NCBI GenBank assembly: GCA_000989565.1
Contig: LBOO01000003.1
Location: 22,832-86,831, forward strand
Length of the DNA: 64,000 bases
Direction: 5' to 3'
Source of the DNA: Candidatus Peregrinibacteria bacterium GW2011_GWA2_33_10
Lineage (GTDB): Bacteria; Patescibacteriota; Gracilibacteria; UBA1369; GWC2-33-13
The notes under the pieces were generated by a model that saw only the letters and a list, made by a program, of their open reading frames with translations, was not told the origin of the DNA and ran no database searches. The position numbers and the translations under genes were made by a program. Positions 56,794 through 64,000 of this stretch are shown piece after piece (the stretch's first letter is position 1; every line of letters starts with the position of its first letter).

Positions 56794-58071
56794 ATGAAGA
56801 ACATTCCTTTTAGACCAAATTTTAATTATTTTATTAATTTTGAGAATAGAGCTGTATTTGAAGATCCGCAGAATAATCAATTTGCCGGACAAATGGGAGG
56901 AGGGATGCAAAAAGACCCTAAAGCCGCGGCTTTAATGTCAGGAGATATCGATCAGGTTTTTACAGCATTTAATTTGGCTGCGGGATTTCTGAATCGTAGA
57001 CAATTTTTGGCTGCTCATCCTGAGATAATTGAGTATATTAATTCAATGACACAAGGAGAACCTCCGATTATGAGTAATAGTGATGGTTATCGTGGAACAA
57101 GCGCGCAAAATGGAGCTTATATTCAATATTTTAAAGATCATGCCGACAAAATTGAAAAAATGAGAACACAGGGAGGCGGTTTTTCTCCTCAGGTTCAGGG
57201 AAATGTAATTATGCAACAACAGACTCCTCAAGCAGTACCTCAACCTCAATTAAATGTAATTCCACCACAGCTTCCAAAACAGCAAGAATCTCAGCTTTCT
57301 ACAGCGCAAACCCCGTTACAAAACGAAAACATGAATATTCCGGTGCAACCACAAACTATGAATCAAGAAGCAACAAGCCAAAAACCAAATGTTTCGCAAT
57401 TTGAAGAAGATCCGAATTTGGGTAAAAATATGGATGTGCCAACAATTACCAATGAAGTCAAACAGGAAGAACCAAAGAAAATTCCGGATTTTCAAGGGGC
57501 TGATTTTTCCAAAACCGCTGTAGATGATGTAGAAATCAAAAATGAAGAACCTATTTTTTCTCCAACCGTACCAAAAGGAGCGGGAACAATTTCCTCTCAG
57601 GAACAAGCCATTAATGTAGAAGAAGCGCAAGATTCCGAATTAAAACCTGATGAAAGTATAGGAATATTTCAAAAAGGAGATAAAGGTCAAACGGAAGCTA
57701 CAGATCAGATTATAGAAGAGCAGCCGGAAAATTTGGAAGAAGAATATGAAAAAGAATCTTCGATCGGCCAAGAGATTAAAGAAACCGAGAAAAAAGAGAC
57801 ATTACAATTCAGCAGTTTGTATGATTTGGAGAGTTTTGACTGGTGGCCTGTGGACGATATAAATTTGGATATAAAAGATGATCATCATGCTTTAATGGAA
57901 ATTGTAAGCGGTTCAGGTTTTTTAAAAAGATCAGTAATGTGGACTTTATCTTTATTGGATAATGGGAAAGTATGGATGTTTACAGCTGATGAGACTTTAC
58001 CATCCAATGAACGGGAGCAAATTTTGGATTTTGAGGATTTTAAAGAGTTGATTGAGAGTTCGTATATGTAG
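56794..58071 (+). CDS. Hypothetical Q/P-rich acidic protein
   Basis: 425-aa ORF; N-terminal FINFENRAVF; long low-complexity centre. Confidence 0.75.
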   Translation: MKNIPFRPNFNYFINFENRAVFEDPQNNQFAGQMGGGMQKDPKAAALMSGDIDQVFTAFNLAAGFLNRRQFLAAHPEIIEYINSMTQGEPPIMSNSDGYRGTSAQNGAYIQYFKDHADKIEKMRTQGGGFSPQVQGNVIMQQQTPQAVPQPQLNVIPPQLPKQQESQLSTAQTPLQNENMNIPVQPQTMNQEATSQKPNVSQFEEDPNLGKNMDVPTITNEVKQEEPKKIPDFQGADFSKTAVDDVEIKNEEPIFSPTVPKGAGTISSQEQAINVEEAQDSELKPDESIGIFQKGDKGQTEATDQIIEEQPENLEEEYEKESSIGQEIKETEKKETLQFSSLYDLESFDWWPVDDINLDIKDDHHALMEIVSGSGFLKRSVMWTLSLLDNGKVWMFTADETLPSNEREQILDFEDFKELIESSYM

Positions 58072-58073
58072 GG

Positions 58074-58101
58074 TGGAGTGATCAGAAATCAGTGATCAGG
58101 A
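58074..58101 (+). repeat. Short tandem heptamer array (ATYAGNN), copy 4
   Basis: TGGAGTG ATCAGAA ATCAGTG ATCAGGA. Confidence 0.6.
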
Positions 58102-58144
58102 ATAATGCCGATCACAATGAATATAAAATTACTAATAATTATTC

Positions 58145-59341
58145 ATGTATATTTTAGTCTTCAATGGGGGGTCGTCGTCGTTAAAGGTTACTCTTTATGA
58201 TTATTTAAATTTGAAAAGTCATTATAAAGCTCATGTGGATGGGATTTCTTTAGATAGTTGTAAGTTTAAGCAGCATATTTTAAGAGGGGAAGATTATGAA
58301 GTTGTAAACAAGAAAGTGATATGTAAAAATCATGATCAAGCTTTTAAAATGGTTTTAAAAGGTTTAATTGATAGCAAAATTTTAAAAAAATTCAGTGAAA
58401 TTAAGGTTATAGGGCATAGAGTTGTTCATGGAGGTGAAAAATTAATTGAACCTACTTTTGTTAATCCTTTAGTGAAAAGAGAAATTAAAAAAAATTTTAT
58501 TCTTGCGCCGTTGCATAATCCCGCTAATTACAAAATTATCACTGCAAGTCAAAAATACTTAAAAAGCATTCCTGATGTCGCGGTTTTTGATACGGCTTTT
58601 TATCAGACCTTACCAAGAAAAGCATATTTATATGCGCTGCCTATGAAACTTTATAGGAATTATCATATCAGGAAATATGGTTTTCATGGTATTTCTCACG
58701 AATATGTAAGTTCACAAACACTTAAATTATTAAAGAAGAACAAATCTAAAATTATAACTTGCCATTTGGGAAATGGCGTGAGTATAAGCGCGATTAAAGA
58801 TGGAAAGTGCGTTGATACAAGTATGGGTTTTACGCCTATGACCGGGGCAATGATGGGGACGAGAATAGGGGATTTTGATCCTTCAATTATAAGATTATTG
58901 TTGAAAAAGGGTTATACTTTTGATAATTTGGAGAAGATTTTTAATTATGATTCCGGACTGAAAGGTGTTTCCGGTATTACTTCGGATGTGAGAATTTTAA
59001 GGGATAAATGGTTTAAGGAAAAAGATGTGAGGGCTAAATTAGCTTTGGATTTATATTGTTATGATATAGCCAAGTATATTGGTAGTTATATTTTGGTTCT
59101 GGGAGGTTTTGATGCGATTACTTTTACTGCCGGTGTTGGACAGAATGCATGGTATGTAAGAAAGTGGATTTGTGATTATTTGAAATTTTCAGGTTTATCT
59201 TTGGATGATCGAAAAAATAAAAAGAATGATTTGGAAATTCATGATAAAAAAAGCAAAATTAAAGTTTTTGTTATCACGACAAAGGAAGGACTGCAGATAG
59301 CGAAGGTAGTGAAAAACTTGATTAGTCAATCACCGCTGTGA
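58145..59341 (+). CDS. ackA: Acetate kinase
   Basis: NGGSSSLK, GHRVVHGG, APLHNP, YGFHG, HLGNG, FTAGVG. Confidence 0.97.
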   Translation: MYILVFNGGSSSLKVTLYDYLNLKSHYKAHVDGISLDSCKFKQHILRGEDYEVVNKKVICKNHDQAFKMVLKGLIDSKILKKFSEIKVIGHRVVHGGEKLIEPTFVNPLVKREIKKNFILAPLHNPANYKIITASQKYLKSIPDVAVFDTAFYQTLPRKAYLYALPMKLYRNYHIRKYGFHGISHEYVSSQTLKLLKKNKSKIITCHLGNGVSISAIKDGKCVDTSMGFTPMTGAMMGTRIGDFDPSIIRLLLKKGYTFDNLEKIFNYDSGLKGVSGITSDVRILRDKWFKEKDVRAKLALDLYCYDIAKYIGSYILVLGGFDAITFTAGVGQNAWYVRKWICDYLKFSGLSLDDRKNKKNDLEIHDKKSKIKVFVITTKEGLQIAKVVKNLISQSPL

Positions 59342-60299
59342 TCGCTGTCAAGTTTACTATGTCTTCGGCATCACAACCGCGCGATAAATCATTGATCGGT
59401 TTTTTCAGGCCTTGGAGAATTGGACCTATGGCTTCGGCTTTTGCAAGTCTTTGGACTAATTTATAGGCTATATTGGCAGAATTGAGGTCCGGAAAAATAA
59501 GTATATTGGCATCTCCTTGAATTTTTGAATTTGGAAATTTTTGGGCGCACACTTCTTTATTTAAAGCAGCATCAACTTGCATTTCTCCTTCTATGATCAG
59601 TTTTGGCGCTTTTTCTTTTGCAATTAAAGTGGCTTCGCGCATTTTATCTACTGTAGGATGATCTCCTGAACCATTAGTTGAAAAAGAAAGCATGGCAATT
59701 TTCGGTTCAATGCCCATTTTTTTAGCTGTTTTTGCCGTGTCGATGGCTATTTCCGCTAAATCATGTGAATTTGGATCTGTCATGACTGCGCAATCTGCAA
59801 AAAATATTAATTTTTTTTCCATCATCATAATAAATAATCCTGAAACTTTATGAAATTTTTCTTTGGTTTTAATTATTTGTAAAGCAGGAAGAATAGTTTT
59901 GTTCGTAGGAGATAGGTTTCCTGAAATCATGGCATCAGCATAAGCTTCATTGATCATCATGGTGCCGAAATAATTGGGGTCTTTGAGTAAATTTTGCGCT
60001 TCCATTAAATTTTTAATTTTTCCGTTTCTGATTTTGAATAATTTTTTAGCATAATGATCAATAAAATCATTGTCCAAATGATTGATAATTTGGATTTTTT
60101 GCAGGTTTAATTTTAAGCGATGTTTGCGGAGAATTTCTTTTATATTATCTAAATTTCCCAATAAAATAGGACGGCATAAATTTTGATTTATTATTTCTTT
60201 AATTGCAGAAAGTACTCGAATATCTTCACTTTCAGCGAAAACTATTGTTTTTTGATTCTTTTTTGCTTTATTTTTAAGTTTTTTTAGGAATTTTTTCAT
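59322..60299 (-). CDS. pta: Phosphate acetyltransferase
   Basis: FADCAV, AMLSFST, EGEMQVDAA, FPDL, NDLSRG. Confidence 0.97.
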   Translation of the reverse strand: MKKFLKKLKNKAKKNQKTIVFAESEDIRVLSAIKEIINQNLCRPILLGNLDNIKEILRKHRLKLNLQKIQIINHLDNDFIDHYAKKLFKIRNGKIKNLMEAQNLLKDPNYFGTMMINEAYADAMISGNLSPTNKTILPALQIIKTKEKFHKVSGLFIMMMEKKLIFFADCAVMTDPNSHDLAEIAIDTAKTAKKMGIEPKIAMLSFSTNGSGDHPTVDKMREATLIAKEKAPKLIIEGEMQVDAALNKEVCAQKFPNSKIQGDANILIFPDLNSANIAYKLVQRLAKAEAIGPILQGLKKPINDLSRGCDAEDIVNLTAITAVID

Positions 60300-60367
60300 A
60301 ATGTTACGAGGGTTTTTACTGGAGTATATCTTTCAGTAAAAACTGATCATTTAAATAGTTAGTTAAT

Positions 60368-60592
60368 TTATTCAAAAACTTCCTGTACATCGTTAGTAGC
60401 TTTTGTAACGCTATTTGTTGCTTCTTCTACATCCGAAATTGTTTCGTTTACTTTGTTTTTTGTTTCTTCATAGGTATTTACTGTTGAATCAATTGTTTCA
60501 GTAGCCGTATTTTTTACATTTTCAAAACTATCACCGAGGGAGCAACTTGAGAGGGTGAGAAGAAATGCGAGGAGAAGGATTTTTTGAGGCAT
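60368..60592 (-). CDS. Small lipoprotein
   Basis: Lipobox TLSS|C followed by a T/N/E-rich helix. Confidence 0.75.
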   Translation of the reverse strand: MPQKILLLAFLLTLSSCSLGDSFENVKNTATETIDSTVNTYEETKNKVNETISDVEEATNSVTKATNDVQEVFE

Positions 60593-60617
60593 GGATAGAA
60601 TAGTAAGTGATAGATGG

Positions 60618-60712
60618 CTCGTAATTTGTAATATGTAATCTGTAATTCGTGAATTGAATTTTTTAAATATTTTCCTTTTACGAATTACGGATTACGTATT
60701 ACAAATTACGAA
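60618..60712. repeat. Inverted heptamer-repeat element, copy B
   Basis: CTCGTAA TTTGTAA TATGTAA TCTGTAA TTCGTGA, 25-nt spacer, TTACGAA TTACGGA TTACGTA TTACAAA TTACGAA. Confidence 0.9.
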
Positions 60713-60747
60713 AAATTATATATTAACACTAAAAGTTATTTTTTGCT

Positions 60748-61077
60748 TTACCTTATAAACTTGCTTATATCCTCATTTTTTAATTCTTTCAGAAAATTAT
60801 GCATATCCAGAACGTCGTTTTTCGTAACAGGATTTTTGTTGATGGATACTATTTTAATTTCTATATCCATATTAATATCCGTAATTGCCATGTGGGGCAG
60901 GAAGACATTAATCATTAATTTGTTTTTGCATGATTCGCAATCAATGAAAAAAGCGCCGTCAAATCTGTTAGTGCCAAGTATGTGAATTTCTTTGTTTGAA
61001 AAAATTTTTTGGCAGTGCGGGCAGGTAATTTTCTTTTTGATTTCCTTTAATATGTAGTTAATTTCAGATAAATTCAT
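60748..61077 (-). CDS. Small Zn-ribbon protein of unknown function
   Basis: CPHC...CESC; C-terminal VTKNDVLDMHNFLK. Confidence 0.75.
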   Translation of the reverse strand: MNLSEINYILKEIKKKITCPHCQKIFSNKEIHILGTNRFDGAFFIDCESCKNKLMINVFLPHMAITDINMDIEIKIVSINKNPVTKNDVLDMHNFLKELKNEDISKFIR

Positions 61078-61220
61078 TGGAAGTGCTGTTTAAAGATTGA
61101 TTATATCGTATTCTTATATTATTATTTTTGAATTTTTTTGCAAGGTTTAAGATTAAAAAATTTGACAATTTAAATATTTATATTAATATTTGGACGAAAA
61201 ATTTATTTTTAAAAAAAATT

Positions 61221-61718
61221 ATGGAAGAAATCACTATAAGGCAGGATAAATTAACTCAAGATAATCAAAGTATTACACAGATTGATTTGACTATGGACGG
61301 AGACAGATTAATTAATGAAATTTACCGTGGTGATCATATTATGACAACTAGAACTGATAGAGACTATACAGATAGAGAAGACACTGTTCTCCAGTCTGAA
61401 ATTGATGAATTGTCAGGTAAAATTCGCGAGAAGTTGGGAAAGATAAACCCTCCGGAAGGTGATAAAATGGTATATGTTGATGTTTTCATGACCCATGATG
61501 GTAACTATTTTTCAACTGATAGAATTAATAAGTATGAACTTGCTTTAGATAGATTGAAAGAAGAGATAAGTGAACGGTTAAATAGAATTTTTCCAGATAA
61601 CATAATAATTGGTTTACGGACAAAAGAGCAAAAAATAGAAATTAAGATGCCGTCTGATAAAATTAAGGGAGTTTCGCAAGAGATTTCGAGTGACTCAAAA
61701 AATGATTGGGCTGAATAA
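61221..61718 (+). CDS. Hypothetical acidic protein (start reassigned to ATG 61221)
   Basis: TTGACA (61162-61167), N16, TAATAT promoter lies inside the longer ORF call, so MEEITIRQ is the likelier start. Confidence 0.65.
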   Translation: MEEITIRQDKLTQDNQSITQIDLTMDGDRLINEIYRGDHIMTTRTDRDYTDREDTVLQSEIDELSGKIREKLGKINPPEGDKMVYVDVFMTHDGNYFSTDRINKYELALDRLKEEISERLNRIFPDNIIIGLRTKEQKIEIKMPSDKIKGVSQEISSDSKNDWAE

Positions 61719-61729
61719 TTTAAAATTAT

Positions 61730-63229
61730 TTAACTGATTTTTTCTATCCCATTCCTAATCCTTTTCAAGCTATTTTCTTTTCCTAAAACCCTGAGGAGTT
61801 CGAAGACGCCGGGGGAGAATTCGCGGCCGGTTAGGGTTGTTCTGATCGGCCATAGAACTTGGCCGTTTTTGACGTTCATTTCTGTTATTACTTGCATTAG
61901 GGTTTCTTTTGTTGTTTCTTCGTTATCGAAATTGTCATGTTTTTCCAATGCTTTTAATGATTTTTCCAAAGCTTCTTTGGCTATTGCTTCATCTACTTTC
62001 ATTTTTTCATTTAGAAATATTTTTTTGTCGTATTCAGGTTGTTCCGTGAAGAATATTTCCAGCATGGGGATGCTGTCAGGGAAAGTTTTTATTCTGCTTT
62101 GTTCCAGTTTTATGCATTCTTGAAGATATTTTATGTCTTTTGATAAAGGACTTTTTGTAAACCATTCTTGTTTTTGCAGGTAAGGGAGGATTTGTTCCGT
62201 TAATTTTTCTATGTCCATTTGGCGGATATATAAGCCGTTCATCCAGTCCAGTTTTTCAATATTGAAAATAGCGCCGGCTTTTTGAACTTTATTTAAATCG
62301 AATTTTTCTATTAATTCATTTAAAGTGAAAATTTCCTGTGTTTCTCCTGATCCCGGATTCCAGCCGAGCATAGCCACAAAATTGAGGAGTGCTTCTTCAA
62401 GATACCCTTTATTTAAGTAATCTTCACATGCCACGTCGCCTTGGCGTTTTGATAATTTTGTTTTGTCGGGATTGAGAAGCAGCGGTAAATGCGCGAATTC
62501 CGGCTGTTTCCAATCGAACGCTTGATATAAAATTATATGTTTTGGGGTTGAGGGAAGCCATTCTTCGCCCCTGATCACGTGTGAGATTTGCATGTAATGG
62601 TCATCTACCACATTCGCCAAATGATAAGTCGGAAAACCGTCTGATTTGATCAGTACTTGATCATCGATAGTATTTGTTAATACTTCGATTTTGCCTCGAA
62701 TCAAATCATTATAAATAATTTTTTGATTTTCCGGAACTTTGAGTCTGATTACATGAGGTGTATTTTTTTCAAGTTTTTGTTTAATCTCTTCTGATGATAA
62801 AAAGCGGCATCTTTTGTCATACATAGGCGGTTTTTTTAGTCTTTGCTGTTCTTCGCGCATTTTATCCAAATCTTCTTTTGTACAGAAACAGCGGTAGGCT
62901 GCGTTTTTTTTCAAGAGATTTTCTGCTTCATTAATATGCAATTCGCGTCGTTCGGATTGAATATATGGTCCAAATTCACCTCCGACATCAGGTCCTTCAT
63001 CAAATTTTAAATTAAACAGATTAAGTATCTTTATTAAATTTTCCGTTGCGCCTTCAACCAATCTTTCTTGATCTGTATCTTCGATGCGAAGAATAAATTT
63101 ACCGTTATGTTTTTTAGCATATAGGAATGAATATAAAGCGGTTCTTAAACCGCCAACATGGAGATAGCCGGTTGGAGAAGGAGCAAAGCGGGTGCGGATC
63201 ATGCGAGGATTGTTAGAATTTATAGACAT
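61730..63229 (-). CDS. gltX: Glutamate--tRNA ligase
   Basis: RTRFAPSPTGYLHVGG, RIEDTD, CFC, KLSKR. Confidence 0.99.
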   Translation of the reverse strand: MSINSNNPRMIRTRFAPSPTGYLHVGGLRTALYSFLYAKKHNGKFILRIEDTDQERLVEGATENLIKILNLFNLKFDEGPDVGGEFGPYIQSERRELHINEAENLLKKNAAYRCFCTKEDLDKMREEQQRLKKPPMYDKRCRFLSSEEIKQKLEKNTPHVIRLKVPENQKIIYNDLIRGKIEVLTNTIDDQVLIKSDGFPTYHLANVVDDHYMQISHVIRGEEWLPSTPKHIILYQAFDWKQPEFAHLPLLLNPDKTKLSKRQGDVACEDYLNKGYLEEALLNFVAMLGWNPGSGETQEIFTLNELIEKFDLNKVQKAGAIFNIEKLDWMNGLYIRQMDIEKLTEQILPYLQKQEWFTKSPLSKDIKYLQECIKLEQSRIKTFPDSIPMLEIFFTEQPEYDKKIFLNEKMKVDEAIAKEALEKSLKALEKHDNFDNEETTKETLMQVITEMNVKNGQVLWPIRTTLTGREFSPGVFELLRVLGKENSLKRIRNGIEKIS

Positions 63230-63289
63230 TTATTTCGCATTTTATTATAGTGCTATTAGTATTTTATACAAGAATCTTAGCTAGAAAAA

Positions 63290-64000
63290 ATGAAAAGAAA
63301 AGTTCGAAGAAAAAAACTCGCTTCAAAAACCAAAGTTGTGAGAAGGAGAAGGGAATTTGATTTTTCAATTGATAGTAGTATCGCGAAAGAAATTTGGGCT
63401 GTTTTTTATTTGGCTTTGGCAGGTCTTACTTATCTTAGTTATGAAGGTAATTTGGGGCCTTTGGGCGCGATTTGGAAGGGATTTATTTCTCCTGTTTTTG
63501 GCTATGGAATTTATTTATTGCCGATAATTTTCGTCAGTATCGCTCTTTCATTATTTTTTATAAAACAGGTGGAATATAATTTGTCGCGAATTTTTGGTCT
63601 TATTCTTTTTATCATTTCTTCCCTTTCAATTGTACATTTGTCTGTGCCTTTGATGGATTTTTATGATACAGCGAAAGAAGGAAATTTTGGCGGTTTGACG
63701 GGATTTGCCGGAGCGTTTATTTTATTTCATATTTTTGGTAAATCCGGCGCGTATGTGATAGCGATATCACTTTTTTTAATTTCAATTTTGCTTTCTTTTC
63801 AATTTTCTTTGGCTTCGATAATTACTTTGTTTGTTAAATTGTTTTTGCCGAAAAGAGCTGTAAAAGTTGATAGAAAATCATCGGATTCTTCAGAAAATAA
63901 AGAAGAAGTCGAGAAAAAAGATCTGAATATTATTAAGCCTGAGCATTTGAAAAGGGGCGGGAGTATGGTTGGCGCTTTGAAAGATTCTTTAAGTCAGGAT
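63290..64000 (+). CDS. ftsK: DNA translocase FtsK/SpoIIIE N-terminal membrane domain (runs off the window; absent from ORF track)
   Basis: Manual translation MKRKVRRKK...NLGPLGA...FGYGIYLLP...GNFGGLTG...FGKSGAYVI; open to the window end; motor domain not visible. Confidence 0.7.
   Translation, partial: MKRKVRRKKLASKTKVVRRRREFDFSIDSSIAKEIWAVFYLALAGLTYLSYEGNLGPLGAIWKGFISPVFGYGIYLLPIIFVSIALSLFFIKQVEYNLSRIFGLILFIISSLSIVHLSVPLMDFYDTAKEGNFGGLTGFAGAFILFHIFGKSGAYVIAISLFLISILLSFQFSLASIITLFVKLFLPKRAVKVDRKSSDSSENKEEVEKKDLNIIKPEHLKRGGSMVGALKDSLSQD

Noticed and set aside
61128..61220. N-terminal extension of the 196-aa ORF
   Set aside because: It spans an AT-rich promoter-like region; ATG 61221 is the more plausible start.
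3760..62123. Numerous 60-130 aa ORFs overlapping long genes (for example 4873, 6835, 11419, 16590, 29740, 55291, 61869)
   Set aside because: They lie antisense or off-frame within well-supported genes and show no motifs.

Overview
This is an AT-rich bacterial chromosomal segment read with genetic code 11 (TGA is a stop). Its gene content points to a Patescibacteria/CPR genome, most like Peregrinibacteria; this assignment is an inference. Housekeeping genes are rpoC (partial), rpoB, ssb, serS, gltX, hpf, trmD, tsaC, rsmH, hrcA-grpE-dnaK with a CIRCE, gap, fba, fbp, mraY, dacA, an LCP protein, comEC, rpmH-rnpA-yidC-jag, ackA, pta, ftsK (partial) and two tRNA-Glu genes. Accessory functions include a type IV pilus/T2SS-like cluster with large pilin-anchored adhesins, an ECF sigma/anti-sigma pair, and the archaeal-type AMP phosphorylase plus ribose-1,5-bisphosphate isomerase pair (RuBisCO is not in the window). 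The most notable unexplained signals are: ssb and two mRNA-strand hairpins inserted between rpoB and rpoC; two inverted heptamer-repeat elements with mirror-matched unit variants; four strand-polarised ATYAGNN heptamer arrays; a ~4 kb rpmH-yidC block with apparently reversed GC skew; and an orphan protein with a possible non-Sec N-terminal export motif. No transposase, integrase, CRISPR array or rRNA was seen. All calls come from reading the sequence and translations; no database searches were run.
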